Virus record (IMG/VR): IMGVR_UViG_3300032331_003609
Coordinates: 62,001-126,000 of that record
Direction: 5' to 3' (one strand)
DNA length: 64,000 bases
Part shown: piece by piece, positions 46,448 through 56,563 of the stretch
Numbering within the stretch: the stretch's first letter is position 1
Layout of the letters: each line of letters starts with the position of its first letter
Program-made: the position numbers and the translations under genes
Notes under the pieces: generated by a model
Told to the model about the DNA's origin: nothing
Databases searched by the model: none
The model's input: the letters and a program-made list of their open reading frames with translations, nothing else

Positions 46448-47629
46448 ATGGCTAAAGAAAAATCAGCGTCCAAGAAGGAATTCTCTTTCTTAGACTTGGA
46501 TAAACAACTTTCAAAAATCGAAGGATTTGAAGCAGGATCTATTTTAGAAGAGAATGAATTCTCTGAAGTTTCCGATTGGATTGGAACAGGCAATTATGTT
46601 TTAAATGCACAACTTTCTGGAAGTCTTTTTGGAGGGGTAGCTAATAACAGATCAATGGGAATTGCAGGAGATCCACAAACAGGAAAAAGCTTCCTCTGTA
46701 TGAATATTGTAAGAGAATCTCAAAAACAGGGATACAACGTAATATATTGTGATACTGAAGGAGCTATAGATAAATCAATGGCAAAGAAATTTGGAATTGA
46801 TACCACTACAGTCAGATATCAGCCAATTAAATCTATTTCAGATTTCAAAATATTTGTTGCTAATTTAGTAGATAAGGTAAAAGCACTTCGTAAAGATGGT
46901 GCAGAACCTAAACTACTTTTAGTTCTAGATTCTTTAGGAATGCTTACCACAATGAAAGAATCTGCAGATGCTTTAAAAGGAAAAACTGCAATGGATATGG
47001 GTATTAGATCCAAAGAACTTCGTGGTTTATTTAGAGAGATAACATTGGATCTTACTGGTGTTAGAATTCCATTAATTTGTACCAATCACACGACGACAGC
47101 AGGAATAGGAAGCTTTATGACAACAAAAGAAGCTTCAGGCGGTGATGGTCCTATATTCTCTATGAGCAATGTTATCATGCTATCTAAAGCTCAATTAAAA
47201 GATAGTAATGATAAAAGAACAGGAATTATTGTTACGTCCACGCCAAAAAAGACCAGATTCACCAGACCATATCCTACTAAATTTCATATTTCCTTTATTA
47301 ATGGTATGAATCCATATGTAGGATTAGAGGAATTTGTTTCTTGGGAAACGTGCGGAATTGAAAGAGGTAAATTGGAAGTTGATAAAAAAACTGGAGAATT
47401 GGTATTTACTGCTAGTGCATCATCAACCAAATGGGCTATTGCTCATTTAGGAAAAAGTATATTCTCATCTCAGTTGTTTACACCAGAGGTTTTCACTGAA
47501 GAAGTTTTAAGAAAAATAGACGAAAAAGCAATTAAGCCGCATTTCTTATTGCCAGATCTTTTTGATATAAAAGAACTTGATGCTATAATTAACGGTGAAG
47601 AAGAAACTGAAGAAGATGGAGAAGAATAA
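46448..47629 (+). CDS. uvsX: UvsX/RecA-like recombinase
   Basis: TGNYVLNAQLSG, GDPQTGKS, DTEGA, LDSLGML, NHT, GG. Confidence 0.93.
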   Translation: MAKEKSASKKEFSFLDLDKQLSKIEGFEAGSILEENEFSEVSDWIGTGNYVLNAQLSGSLFGGVANNRSMGIAGDPQTGKSFLCMNIVRESQKQGYNVIYCDTEGAIDKSMAKKFGIDTTTVRYQPIKSISDFKIFVANLVDKVKALRKDGAEPKLLLVLDSLGMLTTMKESADALKGKTAMDMGIRSKELRGLFREITLDLTGVRIPLICTNHTTTAGIGSFMTTKEASGGDGPIFSMSNVIMLSKAQLKDSNDKRTGIIVTSTPKKTRFTRPYPTKFHISFINGMNPYVGLEEFVSWETCGIERGKLEVDKKTGELVFTASASSTKWAIAHLGKSIFSSQLFTPEVFTEEVLRKIDEKAIKPHFLLPDLFDIKELDAIINGEEETEEDGEE

Positions 47630-47909
47630 AATCAAAATGAAATATCATATGGGAATATGGAAAGAACTTCCAGCATATCCCACAGAAGAAGATATAATTT
47701 TTGAGTTGAATAGCTATTTAATCAGAGACGGAAGACCACATGGCGAATTTTCAGAGCAAACATTTAATTCTTTTTTACCTTCAGGATGGGAAAATAGTAA
47801 GCACGGGGAACTAGTAAAATCCCTAATAGAAAAAGGAACATTTAGTAAACAAAAAGAAAAACAAAGCGCTAAGACTGTTTATAAAATCAAAGATAACCCC
47901 CATTATTAA
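47616..47909 (+). CDS. Hypothetical protein
   Basis: Couples uvsX to helicase; start moved to MEKNK. Confidence 0.65.
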   Translation: MEKNKIKMKYHMGIWKELPAYPTEEDIIFELNSYLIRDGRPHGEFSEQTFNSFLPSGWENSKHGELVKSLIEKGTFSKQKEKQSAKTVYKIKDNPHY

Positions 47910-47911
47910 TT

Positions 47912-49216
47912 ATGATTAATTCCCATTTAGAGAATGTATGGTTCTGTAGTATAGTCTCAGATGCAATATATGTTGAATCTGCTAAGCCTTCATTTTTTAA
48001 AGATGTTAGATACCAAGAGGCATTTAAGATCGTAAAATCTTTCTGGAAAAAATATTCGCAAATCCCTTCGACACAGCAAGTTAAAGAGATTGTAAAAATG
48101 CTTAAACTTGGGGATAAGCTTCCTGAAAATCAGGTTGATACAATATTTGATATTAAGCTAAGTGAATATGATCCTGAATGGTTAAGAGAAAATACTGAAT
48201 CTTGGATAGAATGGAAAAATCTGGAGCAAAGTGCAATGGATGCCATAACCTATATTAAATCGACAGAGGTTAGCCCAGAAAATATCAAAGACGTAGTTAA
48301 TACATTTAAAACTATTGTTAATGAAAGAAATAGTTTAGATTTCTCATTTGATCTTGGATTGGATTTTACTGATCCTGAGAATCACAAACAACCCAAATCC
48401 AGCACATTTTCTTCTGGATATGACTTCATAGATCTTGTTCTTGGCGGAGGTTTTTCTGCTAAGAATCTTTACGTGTTTTTAGGACAGCCTAAAGTCGGTA
48501 AAACACTATGGCTTGGAAATATAGCAGCACAGGCTATTAGAGCTTCTAGTAATGTTGCTGTAATAACTTTAGAATTAAGTGATAGAAAATACATGAAGAG
48601 AATGGGATCTAATCTCTTAGGTATTAAAATGTCTGATTATAATAATGCAACAGAGGATGGAGAGATCATTAAGAAAAAGATTAGAAATTTAGCTTTTGAT
48701 AACTTAGCAACACCCGGTCAATTATATGTTAAAGAATTTGGAACAAGCCAAGCATCAGTTTTAGACGTTGAAAAATGGTTAAGAAAGGTAGAGGAGGTTA
48801 AAGGAATTAGATTTAAGATCGTTGTTATTGATTATATCAATATTATGAAGAACTGGAGAAATCCAAATACAGAAAATACTTACATGAAGATCAAACAGAT
48901 AGCAGAAGATCTAAGAGCAATGGGACAAAGAAACGAATGGGCTATTGTTACTGCAACACAGACAAAACAATCTGAATTTGATGCAACAGATCTTTCAATG
49001 AATTCAGCTTCTGAATCTTCAGGATTAGTTGCAACGGTTGATGGTATGTTTGGTATTATACAGGATCCTTTAATGTATTCAAATAATGAATATAAAATAA
49101 AAGTTCTTGCAAATAGAGATGAAGGATATAAAAATTCATACAAAAAATTTATAGTAGACTATACACATATGAGGATCACAGAGGATCCCAACTCCCAAAT
49201 AATGAATGAAAATTAA
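47912..49216 (+). CDS. gp41: DnaB-like replicative helicase (T4 gp41-like)
   Basis: GQPKVGKT, TLEL, VIDYINIM, ATQT, SESSG. Confidence 0.92.
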   Translation: MINSHLENVWFCSIVSDAIYVESAKPSFFKDVRYQEAFKIVKSFWKKYSQIPSTQQVKEIVKMLKLGDKLPENQVDTIFDIKLSEYDPEWLRENTESWIEWKNLEQSAMDAITYIKSTEVSPENIKDVVNTFKTIVNERNSLDFSFDLGLDFTDPENHKQPKSSTFSSGYDFIDLVLGGGFSAKNLYVFLGQPKVGKTLWLGNIAAQAIRASSNVAVITLELSDRKYMKRMGSNLLGIKMSDYNNATEDGEIIKKKIRNLAFDNLATPGQLYVKEFGTSQASVLDVEKWLRKVEEVKGIRFKIVVIDYINIMKNWRNPNTENTYMKIKQIAEDLRAMGQRNEWAIVTATQTKQSEFDATDLSMNSASESSGLVATVDGMFGIIQDPLMYSNNEYKIKVLANRDEGYKNSYKKFIVDYTHMRITEDPNSQIMNEN

Positions 49217-49674
49217 TGAAACAAAAAAAGCTAATCGAGGAAGTAGAGGTTCCTGAAACAGAAGCAATCCCGATAGATCCTTCATATGCTGAATATCTAC
49301 AAATAGAAGACACATCAAAAGACTATAGATCTTTCAAATCATCAAGAGACGAAGATGATGAAGATTATTTACATCTTGCTGCTTTAAATGATCTTGTTTA
49401 TGAAATTTTTCACAGATCAAGATGGTCTGCGCTTGGTCCTAATAAGAAAATACCAAAAGATCTGATACCTTTTTTATTCCAGGATCTATTAGAAGAAATG
49501 GCAGAAACTGAATTTAGCACGGTAGAAAAATTTGTTGCAATATGTGATTTTATGAATGTTGGTTATTTAAAAGCCTATGAATTAATCCATATGAAGTATA
49601 AAGAATTAATAGTTAACGAAATGGATCAAAAATTTGGGATAGTTTCCAAAAAGAAGATCAAGAAAATATTTTAG
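49216..49674 (+). CDS. Hypothetical protein
   Basis: Translationally coupled ORF. Confidence 0.7.
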   Translation: MKQKKLIEEVEVPETEAIPIDPSYAEYLQIEDTSKDYRSFKSSRDEDDEDYLHLAALNDLVYEIFHRSRWSALGPNKKIPKDLIPFLFQDLLEEMAETEFSTVEKFVAICDFMNVGYLKAYELIHMKYKELIVNEMDQKFGIVSKKKIKKIF

Positions 49675-49675
49675 A

Positions 49676-50773
49676 ATGAATGTAGCGAAAGCAAAAAGGG
49701 TTTGGATGGTAACGGACACCCATTTAGGAGTTAGGAATAGCTCAGAAGAATGGATACAGATCATGAGAAAATACTTTTTTGAATGGTTTATACCATTGGT
49801 TAAAAAAGAATACAAACCCGGAGATATCCTAATCCATCTGGGAGATGTTTATGATTCCAGACAAAGTATTAATTTAAAGGTTTTAAATCTTTGTGTTGAA
49901 ATTTTTGGTGAGTTATCCAAAATATTTTCCGATGGTGTTTATGTTATAGTAGGAAATCATGACATTTATGCAAAAGAATCCAACGAAATAAATTCATTAG
50001 CTTCCCTTAAATGGATTCCAAATATTAATATATTTGAAGATCCAGTATCTATGAAGCTTGGAAAAAGAACGGCTTTCATGATGCCATGGAGATCAAATGA
50101 AGAAGTTGCAGTGGAATTATTGGCAGAAACGGAAAAACATGATTATCTTTTTTGTCACTCGGATATCAGGGGTTTAAGTTTTAATAAATACACCAAGATT
50201 GAGGATGGAATAGGCTATAATAAATTAGACAATTTTGATAGAGTATATTCTGGGCATATTCATTACTCTCAGAATTTTGGTAAGGTCCGAATGTTAGGAT
50301 CACCATATCAGTTAACAAGATCTGATATGGATAATAGAAAGTCAATTCTAGTATTAGATTTAGATTCACAAGAAGAAATTCTTTACGATAATAACTTCTC
50401 ACCTAAGTTTATTAAAATTGGGTTTGATCAGGTCTTAGAAAAAACACCTTTTGAATTAGAGGATATGTTCAGAAACAATTTTGTGGATGTTTTAATCGAT
50501 CCTAAGATAGCAGTTAAAGCTTCATTAGGGATATTAACAGAAATGGTAGCTACACAGCTTAAAACCACCTTTACACCGATTAAGGATGTAGAGATGATAG
50601 ATCAAAATTTAGAAGATGCACTTTTCAATCTTGACGGTAAGAATTTTTCAATTGTCGATTTCGCAGATGAATACATTAACGCCTTAAATGAGCCTGATGA
50701 GGTAAAAGATAAAATGAAAAAAACAATTAGGGTACTATATAAAAGAACAACAGATAAAGAAGTAGAAGCATGA
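49676..50773 (+). CDS. gp47: Recombination endonuclease, Mre11/SbcD-like (T4 gp47)
   Basis: TDTHLG, HLGDVYD, VGNHD, YSGHIH. Confidence 0.93.
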   Translation: MNVAKAKRVWMVTDTHLGVRNSSEEWIQIMRKYFFEWFIPLVKKEYKPGDILIHLGDVYDSRQSINLKVLNLCVEIFGELSKIFSDGVYVIVGNHDIYAKESNEINSLASLKWIPNINIFEDPVSMKLGKRTAFMMPWRSNEEVAVELLAETEKHDYLFCHSDIRGLSFNKYTKIEDGIGYNKLDNFDRVYSGHIHYSQNFGKVRMLGSPYQLTRSDMDNRKSILVLDLDSQEEILYDNNFSPKFIKIGFDQVLEKTPFELEDMFRNNFVDVLIDPKIAVKASLGILTEMVATQLKTTFTPIKDVEMIDQNLEDALFNLDGKNFSIVDFADEYINALNEPDEVKDKMKKTIRVLYKRTTDKEVEA

Positions 50774-52434
50774 GATTAACCAAAATAGAATGGAGGAATT
50801 TTGCATCGTATGGTAATAAGATCCAAAATTTATCTTTTGATGAAAATACAGGATTATATTTAGTAGTTGGGGAAAATGGTGCAGGTAAATCAACAATTTC
50901 CGATGTTATAACATATGGGCTATATGGAAAATTAGAAGGAAAAAAACTTAAAGATATTCCAAACAGAATTAATGGTAATGCATGGGTAAGAATAACTTTC
51001 ATTTCTAATGGGGAAGAATATAGTGTAGAAAGAGGAATAGACCCATCTATATTTAATCTTTATGTCAATGGAAATTTATACGATAAAGCAGGGTCTAGAT
51101 CGGTTCAAGAATATCTAACCGACGATATTATACAAATACCTAATTACGTTTTTAATAACACAATATCCCTCTCGATTAATGATTTTAAAAGCTTTCTTAA
51201 AATGTCTCCTGCTGATAAGAAATCTATCATTGATAAAATATTTGGATTCTATGTGATTAATGAAATGAGAGATTTGTTGAAAGAAGAATCCAAATCGATC
51301 AAAGAAAACATGGCTAGGCTAAATGGTGAAATAGATGGCCTTACAAGAACTCTTTCTAGAACACAAGAAGAATTACAATCTCTGTCAGAAAAAATAAAGG
51401 AAGATTCTAAAGACAAAATAGGTGATTTAGAAGATAAGATTTCTAAATTCTCATCCTTATTGGAAATACACAAAGAAAAGGTTAAAGAATTCAATCAACT
51501 GGATTTAGAAATTTCAGGGCAGGTAAAATCTGCATACAGAGCTTTAACCACAGCAAAGGAATCTAAAAGAACTATAGAACAAAAAATTAGACTTTACGAA
51601 AATGATAAATGTCCAACGTGCACCACAGATCTTTCCGGAGCATTTCATCAAAGTTTAAAGGATGATCTTAATAAACAGCTTAATGATTTTGAAGATAGCA
51701 TAAAATCTTCTCAAGATAGTTATGACGAAGCCCTAGAGAAAGAATCGGAGGTAAGAAAAGAAAAAGCATCTATAACCGAAAAGGGAAATAGAATAATGGT
51801 TAATATAAATTCAACCAAAGAGGAGCTTAAAAAAATAAAATCAGCATCTGCAATACAGGGATTAGATTCTCTAAAAAGGATATCAGAAGAAACAAGAGAT
51901 AGCATTCAGGATTTCTCACAGGAGAGAGTTAAAGAGGATAAAAAATCTGAATGGATAAAAAAGATAGAGGATATTCTTGGAGACAGAGGAGTTAAACAAT
52001 TAGCTTTGAAAACTATACTTCCTTCTCTAAACGGAAATATATCAGAATTAATGGAATCCCTACATCTTCCATATACTGTTACGTTCGATGAGGATTTTAA
52101 CGCATCGGTTGTTCATATGGGTGAAGAGATATCAACATCTACTCTCAGTACTGGTGAAATGAAGAAAGTTGATTTTGCAGTGCTTTTATCGGTTATAAAA
52201 TTGATGAAAATAAGATTTAGCTCAATTAATTTGCTTTTCCTAGATGAGATTTTCAGTTCGGTGGATCCTGATGGTGTTTATACTATACTAAACACACTTA
52301 GAAAAATATGTGATGATCTTGGTTTAAATGTTTTTGTTATAAACCATGCCCCAATGCCTACTGAGATATTTGATTACAAGATGGAAATACAGAAAAGAAA
52401 CAACTTTTCTGACCTTCTTGTAGAGAAGGTATAG
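50770..52434 (+). CDS. gp46: Recombination ATPase, Rad50/SbcC-like (T4 gp46)
   Basis: GENGAGKST, CPTC hook, LSTGE, LFLDE, H-switch. Confidence 0.95.
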   Translation: MRLTKIEWRNFASYGNKIQNLSFDENTGLYLVVGENGAGKSTISDVITYGLYGKLEGKKLKDIPNRINGNAWVRITFISNGEEYSVERGIDPSIFNLYVNGNLYDKAGSRSVQEYLTDDIIQIPNYVFNNTISLSINDFKSFLKMSPADKKSIIDKIFGFYVINEMRDLLKEESKSIKENMARLNGEIDGLTRTLSRTQEELQSLSEKIKEDSKDKIGDLEDKISKFSSLLEIHKEKVKEFNQLDLEISGQVKSAYRALTTAKESKRTIEQKIRLYENDKCPTCTTDLSGAFHQSLKDDLNKQLNDFEDSIKSSQDSYDEALEKESEVRKEKASITEKGNRIMVNINSTKEELKKIKSASAIQGLDSLKRISEETRDSIQDFSQERVKEDKKSEWIKKIEDILGDRGVKQLALKTILPSLNGNISELMESLHLPYTVTFDEDFNASVVHMGEEISTSTLSTGEMKKVDFAVLLSVIKLMKIRFSSINLLFLDEIFSSVDPDGVYTILNTLRKICDDLGLNVFVINHAPMPTEIFDYKMEIQKRNNFSDLLVEKV

Positions 52435-52454
52435 AAATTTCAATATATAGGAGT

Positions 52455-52775
52455 ATGGCAATATCATCTAGAAACGATATAGAAAAATACTCTTATTTCT
52501 TTGTTACAAAGAATAATAAAAGATCGCTCTCAAATCTCCCTGCAAGCGAATTTCTAATTTACAAATTCGAAAATCCGGTGTCTGCCCAAAGAGGAAAGAC
52601 CTTTTTGACCGATGAATATGTTACTAATGTATACGAGCTAGGAGATAATACATATAATGAAGGGTCATTTCTTCATCCAAAATACACGAATCAGAAGAAT
52701 TTGCCCATAGAATTCAAATATAATGAACTCCCTGTTATAGATGTATTTGTAGAGGAGAGTAGAAACATAAAATAA
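52455..52775 (+). CDS. Hypothetical protein
   Basis: AATATATA at 52442 upstream. Confidence 0.65.
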   Translation: MAISSRNDIEKYSYFFVTKNNKRSLSNLPASEFLIYKFENPVSAQRGKTFLTDEYVTNVYELGDNTYNEGSFLHPKYTNQKNLPIEFKYNELPVIDVFVEESRNIK

Positions 52776-52780
52776 AATTT

Positions 52781-53578
52781 ATGAATTTTTTAGATAAATT
52801 TAATAGCGATGATATCTTCTTTAGGGGGCTTATCATAGGTATGCTTAAGTCGTTGAATGAAAAAATAACATACTTCCAAACAACTAGCGGAGGTAAAATA
52901 CAAGAGATTTACATTCCCTTCTTTTATTCTTTAGCTGGAGATGAATCTTTTTTGCAGGATTTCTACATAAATTACGGGGATTGCGACGGTAATCCAGCTT
53001 TTGCAGAAGGAAATTATGATGTTATACCTAGGGGGGTTTTAGAATATTCAGGATCTAGGGTTAATAATGCATCTACGACGAATAAGTATGTAAGGGGAAC
53101 ATACGAAAAAGAAATCATGCAAGATAGCGGGGGTTCCGAAATGAGAGCGTATTCGGCTTATCTTGCGCCTATTCCAATTGATGCAGCATTTAATCTTAAA
53201 ATTAAAGTTGATACCACGACGGATGCACTTAAAATACAAGCAAGGGTAATTGAGGTTCTATTTAAAAATTTCATCTATTACTTTGAATACAACGGATTTA
53301 GAATTCCAGTCCAGGTTTCTTTGCCAGATACTGTTCCAGAAAAAACACCAAATCAGTTTAATTTCAGCTATGGAAGTACTAGAGGGGAGGGAATAACATT
53401 ATCTCTTTCCGTAAATACCGAGACCTATCTTCCTCAGTTAGATATGTCCACTGAAAGATTTAGGGGTAATTTGATGCAAGGGGGCATTAAAGTAAAAACA
53501 GAGCTTGGTGTAGTTCCCGATGATAATTCTACTATTTTAAAGGGGATTGATATCCTTTCCGAAAAGACCATTAAATAA
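52781..53578 (+). CDS. Tail terminator / sheath stabiliser (T4 gp15-like)
   Basis: P..PIDAAFNLKIKVDTTTDALKI resembles gp15 motif; morphogenesis context. Confidence 0.6.
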   Translation: MNFLDKFNSDDIFFRGLIIGMLKSLNEKITYFQTTSGGKIQEIYIPFFYSLAGDESFLQDFYINYGDCDGNPAFAEGNYDVIPRGVLEYSGSRVNNASTTNKYVRGTYEKEIMQDSGGSEMRAYSAYLAPIPIDAAFNLKIKVDTTTDALKIQARVIEVLFKNFIYYFEYNGFRIPVQVSLPDTVPEKTPNQFNFSYGSTRGEGITLSLSVNTETYLPQLDMSTERFRGNLMQGGIKVKTELGVVPDDNSTILKGIDILSEKTIK

Positions 53579-53598
53579 TTCGCTGATATATAGAAGCG

Positions 53599-55761
53599 AT
53601 GACAGATCCTATCATATTTTCGTCTATAGGTAACTATAGAATCATAAACTACAATGCTCCGTTCAAAGGCGTTGAAAAATTCAATGGGTGGATTATAGAG
53701 ACAGAGGAGGAGCAAGAGCCAAGTAGTTATTTATTAAAAGAATTCAGATGGAGTACCAATAATAGCAATTGGTCCCTATGGATGCCACTTCATCAAGAAG
53801 TTATAGACGGATTGGAATTAAATCCAGATAAAGATCTTTATTTGGAATTTAAATTTACTGCTCATTCTAACGAGGATTCAAGTCCATATCTTTCGGAGGG
53901 GACCAATTTACATCCCCAGATAGTGTTAAACAACTTTGATTTGGATCTTAAATATAAGGTCATAGATTACAGAGATCTTGCTACTAAACCTGCAATAATG
54001 TGTTCTAAAGAGCTATACACAAAGTCTATTATTTTTAATAGTTGCTCTCCTGATAAGCTTTTTAAACCTTACGATGTGAATAGGGGTATAAATATCTACC
54101 AGGATCTAAGTAAGACAGTAAACACGCTATTTGGACATGAAGTTAGTTATTACTCAGTTCAGCCTAATGGTAGAGGTAAAGATGTTGTATTAAAAGAATA
54201 CAGCTTATTTGATGTTGTTGATGAGAAGTGCATTAAAGTAATGGTTCCTGGAAATAACTTCCCTGATAATAAACCAATATTCGACACATTTGGTATTCAA
54301 TTTGAACAACCATTAGAGATACACATAGACAGAAAATACTTTGAAGAATTTTTTGGAAAGGGTGCTGCTCCTAGAAAAAGAGATATTATTTTCTTCCCTT
54401 TAACGAATAGGATCTATCAGATAGAATCTACCTATCTGCACAGAGATTTTAATCTATATCCGGTTTACTTCAAATGTCAACTGATGAAGTATGAGGTAAA
54501 ACAAAATACTCAGTTTAATAATAAAGTTGCAGAAAAAGAGCTCCTTGATTACACGGTAAACACCCAAGATCTTTTTGGCGAAGAGACCAAGAATGAAATA
54601 GAAAAGGTAACTAAAAAGCAACAGTATTTCGTTTCATCTCAAAGAAGAAATGAGGATCCTACCAGATCTTATATTGACCATTATCTCCCAATCATAGAAT
54701 TTGATTTAAATAACAATTGGACTATCATATTAAATAGCTATTACGATTTAGAAAGATTTGTTTATGACGATCCTAATGCTACTAGTAAATCTGAGATAGA
54801 AAGACAAGCTGTTAGATATAAATCAATTCCTGCTTTAAACGATGGTGAAGAATTATCTTTCACGTGTTGGTTTAAAACTAGAAATTATATAGACAAAACA
54901 AAATTAGTTAATAGACCAGCAGCTAAGGCTTCAATATCATCGTACACACAAGGAGCTGGATTTATAACATATTCAACGTGGCCCAATACACACAAATTAA
55001 CAACATCTGATGAGTATATTTCTATACTAGCCGATGCTCCGAGATCTGGAGGATTCCGTATATTAGAAATTCCTGACGAATACACATTTAAGGTAAAAGA
55101 TAACGGAACCGAGATAACAGCATCTCTTGCAACATGGAAAGTACAGAAGGCACAGGCTAGAACATTAGTATACGGCAGAAACGATCATAATAAAGGGATC
55201 TGGATACAAATGATCTGGTCAGGAACAAATACAACACCAACAAGCACTGAATATATTCAAACGGGATCATTCAGAATTTTGGTTAATGACCTTGAAATTC
55301 TATCACCATTCGGAGCAGGAACCCCGACAGCAAACGGAAATTTCATTCCATCCCTTGATGAATGGTACGGATTTGTATTTAATTTCTCAAATATTTTTAA
55401 ACAATATTCTATTAATGTTTGGCAAATGCTTTATGATCCCGAAAATCCAGAAGCACAAACATCAGATTTGGGAATTGTACATTACAAAGAGGGATTAAAT
55501 ACAGATAAGTATACATACACCTTAGAATCTAACGTCGAGTCAGATAACCAAAAGGTAACTTGGGGTACAGATAATAATGCATATAAAGTTTTGGGAGGAC
55601 CCCTATATTTAAGCAATTTAAGAATCTTCCAAAATATGATAGAAAAAGAAAAACAATCAGCAATCTTAAACCAAAACGTAGTTGGGGATTCACAATTAGC
55701 AATCATAATAGATAATGCTAAACCTGTTCTGAAATTACCTAAGATTGCTAAAAACCGATAA
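53599..55761 (+). CDS. Neck/head-completion protein (gp14-like core) with extra domains
   Basis: LFGHEVSYY, FGIQF..., DIIFFP..NRIYQI. Confidence 0.55.
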   Translation: MTDPIIFSSIGNYRIINYNAPFKGVEKFNGWIIETEEEQEPSSYLLKEFRWSTNNSNWSLWMPLHQEVIDGLELNPDKDLYLEFKFTAHSNEDSSPYLSEGTNLHPQIVLNNFDLDLKYKVIDYRDLATKPAIMCSKELYTKSIIFNSCSPDKLFKPYDVNRGINIYQDLSKTVNTLFGHEVSYYSVQPNGRGKDVVLKEYSLFDVVDEKCIKVMVPGNNFPDNKPIFDTFGIQFEQPLEIHIDRKYFEEFFGKGAAPRKRDIIFFPLTNRIYQIESTYLHRDFNLYPVYFKCQLMKYEVKQNTQFNNKVAEKELLDYTVNTQDLFGEETKNEIEKVTKKQQYFVSSQRRNEDPTRSYIDHYLPIIEFDLNNNWTIILNSYYDLERFVYDDPNATSKSEIERQAVRYKSIPALNDGEELSFTCWFKTRNYIDKTKLVNRPAAKASISSYTQGAGFITYSTWPNTHKLTTSDEYISILADAPRSGGFRILEIPDEYTFKVKDNGTEITASLATWKVQKAQARTLVYGRNDHNKGIWIQMIWSGTNTTPTSTEYIQTGSFRILVNDLEILSPFGAGTPTANGNFIPSLDEWYGFVFNFSNIFKQYSINVWQMLYDPENPEAQTSDLGIVHYKEGLNTDKYTYTLESNVESDNQKVTWGTDNNAYKVLGGPLYLSNLRIFQNMIEKEKQSAILNQNVVGDSQLAIIIDNAKPVLKLPKIAKNR

Positions 55762-55765
55762 TTTT

Positions 55766-56560
55766 ATGCCGAGAAGACCCCCAAAAAATACCACAGAAAA
55801 GCCTAATATAGAAGAGGCTCTTAAAAAGAAACAGCAGCTAGAGGACCTTATTTTTTCGAATGAGACATTAGATGGATTAACTTCACCTGATATTCCAGCG
55901 ATGAGACCAGAGAGGATAATGAATTTTGATGCTCTGAAAACAGAGGTTGAAGCAGAGTCAAAAGCTATATTGAATTCTTTAATCAAATTTCACATGGATA
56001 CTGATGTTATCAGTGAGGATGATTATGTTAATTATAGAGCTAAGATTGATGCATTAAGTATTTCTACTATGGCATTTCAAATCAGAACAGCTCAGCACGC
56101 AGTTACTAAGATGCTTGACGAAATTGATGCAGGTGGTCAATATCAGGCAAGAAATTTTGAGGTATTAACATCTATGCAGAATCAATTAATGCAAATGCCT
56201 ATAAAATTTCAGGAGTATCTTTCAAAGATGGAAAAGACCTATAAGGATCTAAACAATGAAGCAAAAAATTCAGGTAATGTCCAACAAAGAGAAATAACAG
56301 ATAGCGAGGGAAATCCTGTTATGATACCAGGGATAAACGGAGAAGGTGGAACAGTAAAGGTGAGAGGGAATAAAACCCTAATGGAAGGATTACAGAATGT
56401 TATTAAAACTGAGGTTATAATTAAGAAGGCTCAGATAATAGAAGATGAAGATAAAAATCTAATCGATCCTAAAATGAAGGATCTAATAACTCCAGAAAGT
56501 GAACTAAAACAACAAATGGAAGACGAGACTAGAATAGATCTCGACGACGATTTATTTTAA
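55766..56560 (+). CDS. Hypothetical helical protein upstream of terminase (possible small terminase)
   Basis: Position only; start moved to MPRRPP. Confidence 0.45.
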   Translation: MPRRPPKNTTEKPNIEEALKKKQQLEDLIFSNETLDGLTSPDIPAMRPERIMNFDALKTEVEAESKAILNSLIKFHMDTDVISEDDYVNYRAKIDALSISTMAFQIRTAQHAVTKMLDEIDAGGQYQARNFEVLTSMQNQLMQMPIKFQEYLSKMEKTYKDLNNEAKNSGNVQQREITDSEGNPVMIPGINGEGGTVKVRGNKTLMEGLQNVIKTEVIIKKAQIIEDEDKNLIDPKMKDLITPESELKQQMEDETRIDLDDDLF

Positions 56561-56563
56561 TAT

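Noticed and set aside
49216-49674. Late sigma factor gp55, expected upstream of gp47
   Set aside because: No recognisable sigma region-2 motif; left as hypothetical
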